DNA from: Nemertoderma westbladi
Lineage: Eukaryota; Animalia; Xenacoelomorpha
Length of the DNA stretch: 59,505 bases
Direction: 5' to 3'
Assembly (NCBI GenBank): GCA_032718475.1
Contig: JAUCBJ010002670.1
Coordinates: forward strand, 1 to 59,505
Numbering within the stretch: the first letter of the stretch is position 1; each line of letters opens with the position of its first letter. Positions 1 through 13,089 of this stretch are shown here, piece after piece. The position numbers and the translations under genes are program-made. Below the pieces are notes generated by a model. That model had not been told where the DNA came from, ran no database searches, and saw only the letters and a program-made list of their open reading frames with translations.

Positions 1-1116
1 TTTTTATGGGATCAATGTAAAGGGCGGAATATGATTATTTCAAATTCTATTGATAGACGGATTACTAAAAACAATACACGCAAACAGCAACGTGGAATAA
101 AAGGGAGCACAGTGAAAAAGTCTTTGGAGGCATCAATGAATGCAAGTACTAGTGCGACTGCGAGTAGTGCACCTGAATCGGATTTACTAGAACTACTTGC
201 TTGCGATGTAGAAGAATCTGACATTCACCTTATTGATGACGATTTCCAGCAACCTTCATGGATTTCAGATGATAAAGTCAAGAAGTCTTCCAGAATCAGT
301 ATACCCAATGTAGCCAAACTCGCTGATAGATACGAGATTAGTGATACAGCTGCAGCAGCCATTTGCTCGGTGAGATTAAATGATATTGGAGAACCAGATG
401 TTGTAGATGGAATGAAAATAGACGAAAGAAAAATAAAGTTAGAAACGAATTTAATCAGGAAATATGTAAAGTAGAACCATTGAGCCTGTAATTCGATGGA
501 AAGAAAGACAAAACTCTTATTAGATCGGGTTTCATAATGGAGTCATTGCCCAGATTGAAAGACATCTTGGTAGATCCTTACAACATGTCATATGTATGTT
601 ACATTTGAATGAGTTGCCACTGCGACATCTCATTGCAGAGTTAGATGGTCCAACTACTGGTGCGCACTCATTTTCCGGACCAATTTGCAAACAGCTAGCT
701 GAATGTCATTCTTTACCAACTACCATATTTGTAGCAATCCCTAACAATGATTTTCCTGTGATACCTGATATAATTGTTAAATCATTTTCTACAGATCAAA
801 GATATCTTCTTAAGATCTGTCTTGCTGTTATTAAGGGCTCATGCGATAGTGATTTAGCTAAGATGAAGTAAAGCTAAGTAAAGGCTTCAATATTTGCTAG
901 GATAAATATTTTATATATACAATCTTATTTTTCACAACTTACACACCAAAATTCTAGTTTGCGGCAAAATTTTCAGATTTGAAAGTTGTTGTGGAGGGGT
1001 CAACTGTTATTTTTAAAAAAAATGTATTTTATTTTCTGAATTTTCTCAACACAATGCCACTTTCTATAAGAGAGAAAATCTAAAATTCAAAAAAAAACTT
1101 TTTTCATTCGCCCCTA
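1..1116 (+). mobile_element. hATm-like DNA transposon remnant (disrupted transposase 31-871 and right terminus)
   Basis: ORF pieces 31-474 and 596-871 carry LHLNELPLRHL..LDGPTTG..SFSGPI and TDQRYL motifs. The end cgccccta (1109-1116) reads TAGGGGCG on the minus strand, like the TAGGGTG end at 14577. Confidence 0.7.
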
Positions 1117-1156
1117 ATGTGCAGGGCTCTGCTACCGATTCTTCTGAGGAGGAAAA

Positions 1157-3272
1157 TGTTAAAACATATAAAACAATAAGACTTTCATAATAAACTTTGT
1201 TAGGATTAACAAGTTTATCATAAAATTTGTTTAGGATTGATTATCACATTTCTAATAAAAACTTGTCAAATTGTTTCCTATTCTTAGTTTCTGTTGGTGG
1301 TGGTTTGAAATAACTTGCAAGTTACTTGGCAAATTTCTAATATGTCTTTTATATCTTCTGACATGTAACCTTTTTAATTCAGATATATCCCAACTAGATG
1401 ACTGCTGATATTATTCGACGTTTTAGAGGTGGTAGATATATACACCTGAAGCAAAATAAACTATATCAGGCTGAAGGCCTAGTTTGTTATTTTTAGGGTT
1501 TTTTACTAAAGGTGAATATCTGTCTAACCTACTCTAAAACATTGAATATTCTATCCTTGTCACTCGTTTCGAACATCCTATGGTTTTTAGACCTTATCAT
1601 GCTCCCAATTTCAGACATACATTGTCGATCATTTACATTTTTTTTATTGGAATGTGCAAAATGAGTTCCATTTTTATCTATATTTAGCGATTCTAAAATG
1701 TGATTTTGAATGATAGCTAGTGATTTAGAATGGTAGCTAGTGTTTTTGACAAAAAGCAAAATAAATATCATTTTTTCCCTTGCCAATTCTAAAACATCTA
1801 ATAATATGTTCATCACTTTCTTCAAATAATGATGAGTGTCATGAAAATTTTGTGCTTATTTGCCATATGCGCAGCGCATCCGTTTTTCAGTGTTTCTTAA
1901 TGAGCTGTTAATATGAGATTATAATATACTGTAAATTTAATATTGAAATTTATTTATTTTATATACAAACAATGAGAAAGAGATGTACATCAGGTAGCGT
2001 CATCCAGCCCAGTTGTAAAAGACAACAATATCACCTCAACACCCCAGAGCTGGCACTATGTATTCTTGTTACGAACCTCCTTGAATTAATTATCCTACAC
2101 TGATAATGTAGAAATAGCTACACTACTTAAAGAGCCATATCCTTTCCACCACATTTTGAAACATTTTCAAAACAAAAAAGTCTTCAGAGACAGGTCAAAC
2201 AAGCATTTATTGCTAAGTTTGGAAATGGACTCAAACAAAGTGCACAGCACATGCACTTTAGGGACAAATTGCGAATTTCCCTAATATACAAACTGGAAGA
2301 AGCAAGAGATATTCCCAGCCGAAATGGAAAACCTCTAACAATAGGAGATGTTCCGAGCTACTCAACTGGCTGCAAGATTTTGTTTTTAAGGACTACTTGG
2401 GTTGCCAACTATTACCTTTCCGGCATTTTAATGAGGAAACAAAAGGAGTCCTTGATGTCATGGAACTTATGGTCTATGGATGTTAAAACATATAAAACAA
2501 TAAGACTTTCATAATAAACTTTGTTAGGATTATCAAGTTTATCATAAAATTTGTTTAAGGATTATCACATTTCTAATAAAAACTTGTCAATTTGTTTCTT
2601 ATTCTTAGTTTCATGTTGGTGGTGGTTTGAAATAACTTGCAAGTTACTTGGCAAACTTTTAATAAGTCATTTGACTTTTGACATGTAACCTTTTTAATTC
2701 AGATATTTCCCAAATTAATAATACTGCTGATATTATTCGATGTTTTAGAGGTGGTAGACATATTCACCTGAAGCAAAATAAACTATATGAGGCTGAAGAC
2801 CTAGTTGCTAAAGGTGAATATCCGTCTAACCTACTCTAAAACATTGAATATTCTATCCTTATCACTCATTTCGAACATCTATGTGGTTTTTAGACCTTAT
2901 CATGCTCCCAATTTCAGACATACATTGTTGATCATTTACATTTTTTTTTTATTGGAATGAGTTCCATTTTGATCTATGTTTAGCAATTCTTAAATTTGAT
3001 TTTGAATGTTAGCTAGTTATTTAGAATGGTAGCTAGCTAGGAAAATTTAAAATTATTTATTTACCAATTCTAAAACATCTAGTAATATGTTGTTCATCAC
3101 TTTCTTCAAACATTCATCTTATCTATTGGGGGTGAGCAGTGGCAATGGTTGAATGATGAGTGTCATGAAAATATTTTGCTTTATTTGCCATATGTGCAGC
3201 GTATCCGTTTATTTGGTGTTGCTTAATCACCTGTTAATATGAGATTATAATACTGTAAATATAATATTGAAA
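1157..3272. repeat. Diverged direct duplication of about 0.8 kb (1157-1950 and 2481-3272)
   Basis: Both copies begin tgttaaaacatataaaacaataagactttcataataaac and stay colinear with indels. Confidence 0.9.
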
Positions 3273-4021
3273 TTGATAAATCATCATATGATAAAATTAA
3301 AAATTGATCCGAATCATACTGTAGTTAATAAAAACAGTCAAAACATAATTGTTAATTAAAAGCAGTTTAAAAATGATTTAGGAAAATAATTTAGGAACAA
3401 TCGTTCATCTTCTGATGTAGGGCCAGGGCGTTGCAGACCCACAAGAAATAGAGCTACTCTCAGTTACTATTGAACATGGATTGTAATAATCATTGCTAAT
3501 TGCTGAATTACCATATGGCCAGCAAATAGAACTGTTTGTTTGACACCAGCATCTGGGGTCATTGCAAAGGTGTAGGTGCCACAAAACTATTTGTGGGATG
3601 CAGTTAATTACAGAAGTGGTAAATGTAGGGTTGATTGATTGATGATTGGAAGATGGTAGAGCAATAGACAGATCTATGAATGCAGTAAGGTGCCGTATGT
3701 AGCACCCTTCTAATAGCAAGTTGTCGGTACTAGTGTGTTATAGCTACACCCCCCCCCCCCCCCCAAAAAAAAAAAAATTTTATTACTAGCTAGTTTTTGC
3801 TATTTCTTTTTTTCTTTTTAATGTTCTAGAACATGAAATACATTTGAAAAAAAATAATAAAATGTTCTAGAACAAATATTTTTTGTTCTAGAACAAAAAA
3901 TTAAAAAATCATACAAATTTTATTTTTTGTTAGTTTTTTTTTATTTGATGTCAAGGAAAGTGAATTTTCTAGAATAATATAATTTCTATAGCTAAAATTT
4001 GTGATTGCTAACACGTAAATA

Positions 4022-5678
4022 ATGACTGATTTGGGTATAGTGGAATTGTGTAAGAACTTAATGTGTGAGGAAAGTGCAATTTTTTACGCACAGTCAATTG
4101 GCCTTTTACCATCCAATGATGACAAGATAATCCGACAATGTTCTAAAATAGGTTGTGATGCTCAAACACGCGTTACATTACTAAAGAATAAAAGTCGTCT
4201 ACATTTGATTCACAGATGTAAAGGTAAAGGTAAACATATAGAATCTGCTCGCAAAGGTACCTGGTTTTCTAATTCGAAATTTATGATAGGTCAAGTTCTA
4301 TGGATTGAGTACACTTTCGTCAATGCCATTGACTTTACAACAACTCACCGTATGTTAAAAGGAATTATAGGGCAAATCAATAATCACAGCCTTGTAGATT
4401 GGCATAATTACACCGAATTGTTTCAGGACCAAGAGGATGCTGAAATGATGGGTGGACCTGGAGAAGTAGTTCAAATTGATGAATCTTACTTTGGAGGGAA
4501 ACGTAAATATAACAGGGGTAGAAAACTTCGGCATTACTATGGTATGTATAACCATTTTTTCAAATTTTGTAAATTACATATATTTTTGGAATGAATTTTA
4601 TCAATAGTTACGTGTTTATCACTATAACAACTATATTCCAGAACACTTTAGCTAGTTTTTGACTATTGTTTTGGTAGTGTTCTTTTGTTGCAATAGCTAT
4701 GAGTAGAAACAATCCCCACATATTTGAAAGACATTCCAAAGACTTAAATATTGTAGAAATATCTGATAATTTAAAAACAGAGGAGTGTTCGATTAAGAAT
4801 GCTCAATGATAATGAGGAAACGCAAAGGAACAACCAACAAACTACTGGTGAATCACCTGGCTGAGTTTCGGTGGAGACAACTGCACAGAGACTCCCCATT
4901 TACTGACCTCATTGCTTTAGTAAAGAAATCTTACCCGATACCCTAAAGTCAACACATACAGACATATTGAAACTGAACATTGATTATTAAATGTATCGTA
5001 ATTAGCTAGTGAATTAGTACACTAGTACATTACTATATACACAGATACGCAATGTGTGTATTGAAATTAATATATAAATGTAATTTACAAAATTTGGAAA
5101 AATGGTTATACATACCATAGTAATGCCGCAAACTTCTAGGGGATAAAGTTAAAGTTCCTCCATCTTCACTCAATTACGGGAAACAGGTGGTCGGACCATG
5201 GATTTTCGGCCTTGTCTGGAAGCGGCCAGATGGTAAGAACGACATCGGATTGTTCAAAGTGTTGAGACGTAATGCAAGAACTTTGCGGCCAATTCTTCAA
5301 GCCAATGTTAAGGGTGGAGCAATAATCCATTCTGATCAATGGGCGGCTTATTGTGGGACGTCAGTTGGAATTACTAACAAGAAATGGCCATGGCGGGCCG
5401 TAGACGGAAGTGGTCGATATAAACATTTATCGATTAACCATAGTTGTAAAGGAAAGGGTCGCTTTGTGAACAGGAAGACTGGTGCTAACACCCAACGGAT
5501 TTAGTCTCTTTGGCGTCACGCCAAACTCCACATTTTAAGGCGAAACATAGGTATCAAGAGGTCAACTTTCGCCCAATAGCTAGCAGAGTTTAGGTGGAAG
5601 ATGTTACACAACGAAAATCCATTTTCTGATCTATTGCATTTGATTAGAAAATATTACCCGCTGCGCGACGTCTGCTAA
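4022..5678 (+). pseudogene. Merlin (ISXO2/IS1595-like DDE) transposase pseudogene, interrupted at 4530-5127
   Basis: Motifs GGPGEVVQIDES, RKYNRGR, GPWIFG, IHSDQWAAY, NHS and GANTQRI. Removing the insert restores RGRKLLGD in frame. The expected catalytic Glu codon is TAG at 5502-5504. Confidence 0.9.
4530..5127 (+). mobile_element. Internally deleted Merlin element inserted in the Merlin transposase
   Basis: TIR ggcattactatggtatgtataacc at both ends; 9-bp TSD gaaaacttc/gcaaacttc. Positions 4806-4946 encode a Merlin C-terminus (HLAEFRWRQLHRDSPFTDLIALVKKSYP). Confidence 0.9.
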
Positions 5679-5960
5679 ATAATAAATATTACACAGTATA
5701 TGTATTCTAAGCATTAATCATTAATTTATCTATGTAACTATCATTAATTTCTGAATATAATGACCTCATTGCAGTGAATTTTTAATTTTAATTAGCTATT
5801 AAAAAAATGCTAGCTAACTCCCCCCCCCCCCCCCCCCCAAAAAAAAAAAACCATCTTGCCAGCAACGATTAAATAAATGAAATATTTCAGATGTCATCCA
5901 GAAATCCAAAACTGGTATTTGGGCTCAAATTATGCAAGAATTAACTTCATGCTTACATAG

Positions 5961-6062
5961 GAGTTGTTGCACATATAAATAACTTCCTCAGATTTTGATG
6001 AAGTTAAATTAGAGTTGTTGCACATATAAATAACTTCCTCAGATTTTGATGAAGTTAAATTA
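5961..6062. repeat. 51-bp tandem duplication
   Basis: gagttgttgcacatataaataacttcctcagattttgatgaagttaaatta occurs twice. Confidence 0.95.
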
Positions 6063-6387
6063 TTCACTATGTCAAAACCAGTGGAACTTTTGTGATCCTT
6101 TAACATTATGCATTTATTATAGGAAGGGATTAACATTATGCTCTCACGTAACTTTATGCACTCACCAACTTTAATATTCCCAAAACCAACATTGAGTGGC
6201 TCGGATCTATTTCCACCAGGAAAGAAAGCAAAATATACAATGTAAAGTGAGAAACTGTTATTATGATCATAGCACACCTTGGATATGATGCTGAGAATGT
6301 TTCCATGTTCAAACGATGTCAGACATCAGTGTCTTACTCAGAATTTATCTTATTACTTCTAATGTTCGTATAAGGGTGTAAACGTTA

Positions 6388-6460
6388 TGCCCATGCCCAA
6401 AACCCATGTCCAAAACCCACACCCAAAACCCATACCCAAAACCCATGCCCAAAACACATA
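6388..6460. repeat. 12-bp minisatellite (cccaaaacccat), about 5 copies
   Basis: Directly visible. Confidence 0.85.
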
Positions 6461-7239
6461 ACCAAGTTAGCTTATAGCCCAAGTTTATGGCTATAAAATA
6501 AATGGAGGGCAAAAAGGCCAATATAAGACCTTTACACACAATGATGTATGTAATTTTGTTATATTATGTAAACTTATCAGCATTCGATATGTGAAGAAAG
6601 GATTTTATGGAAATTGTATTTTATGTATATCAAGGATATTGGATGCTCATTTAAACATTTTAATCATGTATTATTTCGAATATAAGTGAAATTTATTAAC
6701 AGGTACACAGTATTAATTATACATTTGTATCTAATTAAAGTTTATTGTTGTTATCTCCTGCATGGATATGATAAATCTTTGATCCACCTTGACCTTGGTC
6801 GACTGAAGCAATCTAAGTCATCGTCTGCATCTCTCAGTTTTACTGAACACTGTTGCCATTAATCTCCAATATGAAAATAATCCAGTAAAACAGTTTTAGT
6901 TAGTAACAGTTACTAGGCCAGAACACATGCAAATTTTCAAGATTGTGCAGTTACCCCTTAACTAGCCACTCTTGCCCAAATTCTTGTATATTTTTATGTT
7001 AAACTTGACTTCATTACACCTAACTTTCCTGTTGAAGAGACGGTCATCAACAAACCCATACTCCCCACTCAATTTATGTATATATCAATATCTATATTGG
7101 TCCCATATGAGTGTCTATTTTAGAGAAGATTATTGGCCTTAATTCATATCTATCTATTACCATTCTTTGATCTATGTCAACCATGCTCTGTTTAGAAAGC
7201 ATTTCATCATTTGTTGGCATTATTTTAAACCCATCAAAG

Positions 7240-7600
7240 TAACAGAGATTTTGTTCTGTTTTCATGTCTCACTGAGTCTTGTTAGGACTATCATTCAAAT
7301 CAAATTCAGATGTGCTGTATGTAATTATATAATCCCCAATAATACAGTAGATGTGGTGCCAGTATATTGGGTGATAGGAAAGCCTGCAATAAACGGTTTA
7401 CTCGTATTAATGGATTGTGATTGTTTCTGAAAATTGTCCGAGATGCATATCAATAACATATCTGTCAGCAAACAAGGTAGTTATGAAAGTTGAAGCTGAC
7501 AGGTCATTCACATATATTATTAAATAAAGAGGGACTGAGGATAAAAGATCATTGGGAAATCCCATAAGAATTAGGATTTTGTTGCGATGCCCATACTGGG
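7240..7600 (-). pseudogene. Highly degenerate LINE reverse transcriptase fragment
   Basis: Minus strand gives GISQ*S.ILSP.LF..YVNDL...TLFAD across frameshifts. Confidence 0.55.
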
Positions 7601-7643
7601 CAATGTCATAATTTCTGCACTCAACCTGGGAAAATTTATCTCT

Positions 7644-8403
7644 TAGATAGATAGATTTATTTATACATTATGTAAAAACAATAACAAATACACCAAACAA
7701 TGTACCGGTATAAAGGTATTGTCCAACATAACATATAGGATTACCCCTAAAGCTTTGCAGTTTATTTCCAAGGGGGTCCTTTATGTTACTTGGTTACAAA
7801 TACAATATTACACTACGCTAACCTAAAACGAACATTAAACGTAATTACACTATGTACAATGTACATGTACAACTGTACCGAGAGAGTCACAAAGCCCGAC
7901 TCAATGATAAAGATGTAATGTACAGAACAATTTATTATAAAACGTAATTACAGTATAAATAGTAAATAAGTAATAAACTAATAACTTACTGTAGGACTAT
8001 TGTACCTATTTTGACATTGCACACGGAGGTGAGATTTAACTGCAGATTTAAAAGAATGTTGATTATCTAGGTTTTTAATTTAATTTTTCAGGCAGAGCAT
8101 TCCAATTTTTATACCGTTAAAAAAGAAACTATCAGATTCAAAGGATTTCGGGAGGGTAAGGGAGGTAGAAGTTTGAAGCACTAGCTCTGGTACTGTAAGA
8201 GTGTGTATCACGTACTCTGTTGAATTTTTGTTTTAGGTAATTGGGACACTTACCATTATACACTTTATGCGCATGGTTAATTAAGGCGTAGCTGCTTAAC
8301 TCTACTATCTAAGTTAAGTAGTCCAGATTCAGAAAAGTCATCTGGAGTTAGGTGGTACCTAGGTTTGTAGTCTTTAATAAATCGTACTACTTTATTCTGA
8401 GCT
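7644..8403 (-). mobile_element. 3' fragment of the CR1/L2-type LINE family also found at 29422-32060
   Basis: Near-identical reverse complement of about 31325-32060, with an (atct)n tail at 7644-7655. Confidence 0.9.
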
Positions 8404-9125
8404 AGTGGTGTCGTGGGTTACCCGGGTATCCCCTAACGCGACGCGCATAGATCATTTCACCAAGTCGATGAGTTTCTCCCATACCCTGCTCGTATGGGGT
8501 GCTAAGGGAGTTTGGAAGTGCCATTGTATATGGTGTTCCTTCCAGACTTGGGATGCGGTTTCGTCAGTGAACCATCCCTTGATAGCCTCTCTGAGTTCCC
8601 TTTCTCCTCCCACGAAGTTCGTTACATTATCGGAGTACATATGCTGGCATGATCCGTTGTTCGCCACAAACCGCCGCAGAGCGTTGATAAAGGCGTGCTG
8701 CATGAGGTTTACTACGAGGTCTAGGTAAATCGCCCTCGACCTAAGGCACGTGAAAATGGTTCCCCAGCATTTGATGTTAGATCGTCGCTCGATGACTGTA
8801 AATGGTCCGAAACAGTCTACGCCGGTTAGGTAGAACGGTGGTGAATCGGATTGCAGCCGTGTAGCCGGTAGGTCGGCCATTCTTTGGATGAGCGGTGGCG
8901 CGAGGTATCGTCTGCAAGGGAAACATCATTTTAGGACTTTTCGGATCAGTGGCTGGATGTGGGTGATCCAATATCTTTGCCGGATGTTAGCCATAATCCA
9001 GTTCTGGCCCGCGTGATGGTTTTCCTCGTGACACTGCTGGATTAATAGCTTAGCTAGTGTTGACGTTCCGGGCAGAAGTGCTGGGTATTAGACTTCATAT
9101 TCGACCGGGGCGTTTGCCATCCATC
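8404..9125 (-). pseudogene. BEL/Pao LTR retrotransposon integrase fragment
   Basis: MADLPATRL..PPFYLTGVDCFGPF..FTCLRSRAIYLDLV..SDNVTNFVG..WEKLI. Confidence 0.9.
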
Positions 9126-9280
9126 CAAAAAATCACTAAAAACGTGTATATCATGTTCACAATTATTACTATTGGCAGTAATTAATAAGTCGGCCTCAAC
9201 TGGTATTTTTATTTTGCCTATAGCTACCTAGTTTCCAGTCCTGGTATAAATAACATTCTAGAAGTCCATGGTCTAGACCG

Positions 9281-9646
9281 GTACTTGGCACTTGAAGTAT
9301 TTCAGCACCATCCTTAAGAAAACGGGCAGGTATTAGGTCTAGATCGGTACTTTTTGCGGCTGATAGGCTAAGTAGATTTTGAAAAACGAAATCCTCAGAA
9401 ACGGGTTTTAAAAATAACTTTTCTGAATTTTGTAACTTTTCTAAATAAAAATTATTTCGAGTTTCGGACCCTATACTATATTTTTTACTTGATAACGGCA
9501 ACTTCTGAACTAAATTAGAGGCAACATTAGTAAAATAATTATTAAATAAATTACTAACTAGAGTATGATCATGAATCAGCTCACCATTATCTTGCAGAAC
9601 AATATTCGATTTAGAGTTAAGGTTTTTATAACCTAAAGATTTTAGG
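9281..9646 (-). mobile_element. Internal fragment of the same LINE family (matches about 29915-30272)
   Basis: [37 protein letters not shown] is shared with ORF 29384-31738. Confidence 0.9.
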
Positions 9647-10779
9647 TTATAATTGTCTTCCATCTGATGTGTGCCAGTCCCAATAATTCACAAAACCATA
9701 AACTCGCGATCCTAGAATTTTAATGACTAAAACGCAGTCTCAGTCTTAAAATTAAAATGTCTAGGACTAGGACCCGGTCCCACAATCCCACTCCAATTTT
9801 TTTCGTATATTTTCCTGGTAATATTATTATGTAATGTTTTTTAGGATGTTAAAAGCTCTAATGGTAGTCAAATGTCAGACATCCAGTGTCTGACTCAGAA
9901 TTTATCATATAAAGGTAGCATGCTGTAGACGAACTTCGCATCGTCCATTTTATACTTCGGCTTGATCCTGAACTTTGGGTGATTTTTTCGATCAATCCTG
10001 TCTGACTCTTTTCCAAATGCATTTTGCATGGTGGTGGTGATCAGGATTCTGATGGACCGACCGCTCTTGCATCGACCTCGATAAAGTACTTGAAGGGCCA
10101 TGGGTTCTCCATTAGTTCACTCACTGGAATAGACTTACCCCTTCTCTCATTGCAGGGGACAAATAAGAGAGTTATGAGTTTTACAATGGCACACTGGCCG
10201 TTTACAGTGGCACCGGGTTGAACTGTGGCCTTGAATTGGGCCTGTCCCCTTTTCGGTACTGTAGCCCGATGAGAACCTTTTAGACATGGTGAAAACTTGG
10301 GGTTTATCGATATAGAGGGTCAATGATTTCTACTTTTTGATTTTTGTCGATTTTTATAGTTTACATTTAATGTTGCTTTGTTGCAAAAAAATTGTTCTAG
10401 AATGTTAAAAACTCTCCCTAGTGAATCGAGTTATTGTTTCTGATATTGTACCCCTATCTATAGTCTATAGGCTACATACATACCGAGATGGCCTACTCTA
10501 AGTTTAACTGTCCAGCAAGGGCACTTTGCGACTTTCATTGTGTGGAGAATCTGGACATCCACCAAACAACAGCAGCGAAGATATGGACGTGGTGGTGTAC
10601 TCATTGCCTTTAAAAAGTGATACTTGACTACATTCCAGGATGCAACGATATAAATGCATAGTTACCCAAATATTTAACAGTAAAAACTGGTATTAATTGA
10701 TTACCTACGTACATACTAATTACACTTGTATTATTGCACTTAAGAATTATTTGTACTTATGTGTCAATGTGGTGCCTTC

Positions 10780-11463
10780 CAGGCACAATGACATCGCCTG
10801 TAATCAGTTCTAGAGCCCTAAAGTGCTCCTCCCGTGCCCTCTGGGAACCATCTCAGCTCTTTACCTCTATCGTCTTCCTGTCTCGGTCGCTTCCTCCCCT
10901 CCTGTTTGCTATTGAGGCCACTCATTCTCACTGATACCGTCTTGCCGAGCTCCATTGTTGGTTCCTTGGGTGCGGGCGTTATTAATTCGCGATATCACTT
11001 CGCAGGTGGTCCCACCGAGTGTCCCTCCTGCTTCCCCCTGGTAGCGTCCCACAAGATCATTTTCATCGCACGCGGCACATGTTCTGCCAGCAAATCCCTG
11101 AATTCCATCCTGTTTTCTGGTGACCATCTGTCCAGATATCTTTGGGTGTTAATGACCCCCCCCCCCCCCCCCATATGATGCCGCTGTCGCTACCTCCTGA
11201 TACGTGAATGGTAGTCTCCTCTTGGTAATCTCAAATCCCCGAGTCCATTTCAGGCTCGTTATGACTTCATAGACTATAATCTGCTCTGTTAGTCGTAGAA
11301 CGTCAATGCAAGCAGAGGAGTGCGATTTCCGTTGCATCCGTATCTCATTTTTATGACCTTTGATCGGCGTGTGAGAACCTATTATTTGCTTAATATATAT
11401 TGAGATAGCTCCACGTGCATTATAGGGAGTAAATGTTAACCTAGGAGTAGTTGGTGCGCTCAT
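10780..11463 (-). pseudogene. Unidentified disrupted ORF, about 220 codons
   Basis: ATG at 11463 (MSAPTTPRLTF). After a shift in the G-run at 11156-11172 it continues GVINTQRYLDRWSPENRMEFRDLLAEH. GC is higher than the flanks. I recognise no family. Confidence 0.35.
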
Positions 11464-11884
11464 TGAGTTGCTTTTACTACTACTAACGGTCACTTTACCA
11501 ATTGGGGGGAAAGGAGCAGGTTACAGAGGCGGGATTTTCTAACCAAAACAATAATAAACGATCACAATTACCAATTGAGGGAAAGTAGCAAGTGGGTGTT
11601 TCTAACCAAAGCAATAAATGATACCACTTTACCTATTGAGGAAAAAGAGCATTTTACAGTGGCATTATTTTACATTATGTACAGTTGTATATATCCTTTA
11701 TTGGGACAACCTATTTGCTTTTTAGCTAAAACCGGCCCGATATTTTCGATATCAGTCTGGTATGAAGATAAATGTAAAAAAGACAAATGTGCAAATTAGC
11801 TATAAAGCGGTAGGCTATTGCCAGTGGTTCCATTTAAATAATAATAAATATAAATTACCATAAGCAAAGTATAGCATATAGGTA

Positions 11885-13089
11885 ATGTATGATAGAACTC
11901 CTCTAGTTGTAAATGACGTAACAGTTAACCATTGTACTACATACACCTATCTTGGATCTATTTTTACAGAAGATGGTAAATTCAACTCCGTTTTTAATCT
12001 ACATAAAACTCGGTGCGAGGAGATTGTAAATAAATTTTCTATATTTTGTGCCCACAATACAAATATTGCTTTTTGTGTTAAAAAGCAGGTGTTTGAGGCT
12101 GCAGTAGCTACAGCATTCCTATATGGTTGCGAAGGCTGGTTAACTAATAATACTAAGAATTTAGATATATTTTATGGCCATATAAATATATTATTAGGTG
12201 TACGGGAACAAACCCCGACCGACATTTGTTTAATAGAAGTAGGGATGCCTTCCATTCAAACACGCATAATGTAATACCACAAACGGTTCCTACAGAAAGC
12301 ACTACATACGCTACCAGAGGACACACCTTTCCACTTACCATTTGTAAGAATGTAAACTCACCAGGGTACGACATGATAAAGTGTGCTATGGCGTGGTCCG
12401 AAACAAGCCCGACTAACAGCGACATTCTTACTAGAATACGCAAGAAGCCAAGCACGGCGACCAAGTTTGTCACATACAGGACGTTACTGAATATGGACCT
12501 GACATGCCACTCGATTTACAGCCTGAAATCCCCGTATGTACCGGATTACATTAGGGTGCACTTCAGCAGAATGAGATTAATGTCGCACAACCTGTTTGTA
12601 GAACGAGGGCGATGGTCACGGATTCCACACGAGGAGCGAGTGTGTCCCTGTGATAATAAATCCGTTCAGGACGAAGTGCACACACTGTTACATTGCCCAA
12701 TATCACACTACCAGTAGTACCCACAGTTAAATATGCATAATATAAGTATCTTTTTCAATGGTAATATGGATAATATTGAACAATTGTGTAGGTATATAGA
12801 GTCAGTAATGTCTGTATATTAAGCGTAGGTTATTACCATTCACTAGATATTCAGATTTATTATGTCGGTTTTATGTCGCTTTGTTTGTTATTTTTGTATT
12901 AAATTACGTTCAAATAATTTTAGAATTCGCTAAAGTTCTCTAGACAATAGACAGTTTCAAAAATCTACTGGATAATTTATATAACTGTGTCAATAACTAA
13001 TTATCGTAAAGGTTTTGTGCAGTATTATATTTGATATTATTTGTACCACATATGTAAATTGTCAATAAACATATCTATCTATCTATCTA
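11885..13089 (+). mobile_element. 5'-truncated RTE-X-like LINE
   Basis: YTYLGSIF, FLYGCEGW, RMRLMSHNLFVERGRW..ERVCPC..VQDEVHTLLHCP; aataaa followed by an (atct)n tail at 13064-13089. Confidence 0.8.

Noticed and set aside
2251-2514. HECT/G2E3-like fragment (LTIGDV.SYSTGC)
   Set aside because: The similarity is too short and degenerate to support by eye.
4022-5678. Bacterial IS1595 or contamination
   Set aside because: The surrounding LINEs, LTR elements and spliceosomal introns indicate a eukaryotic Merlin.
5930-6277. ORF with an internal 17-aa repeat
   Set aside because: No recognisable motif; its length is partly due to the tandem duplication.
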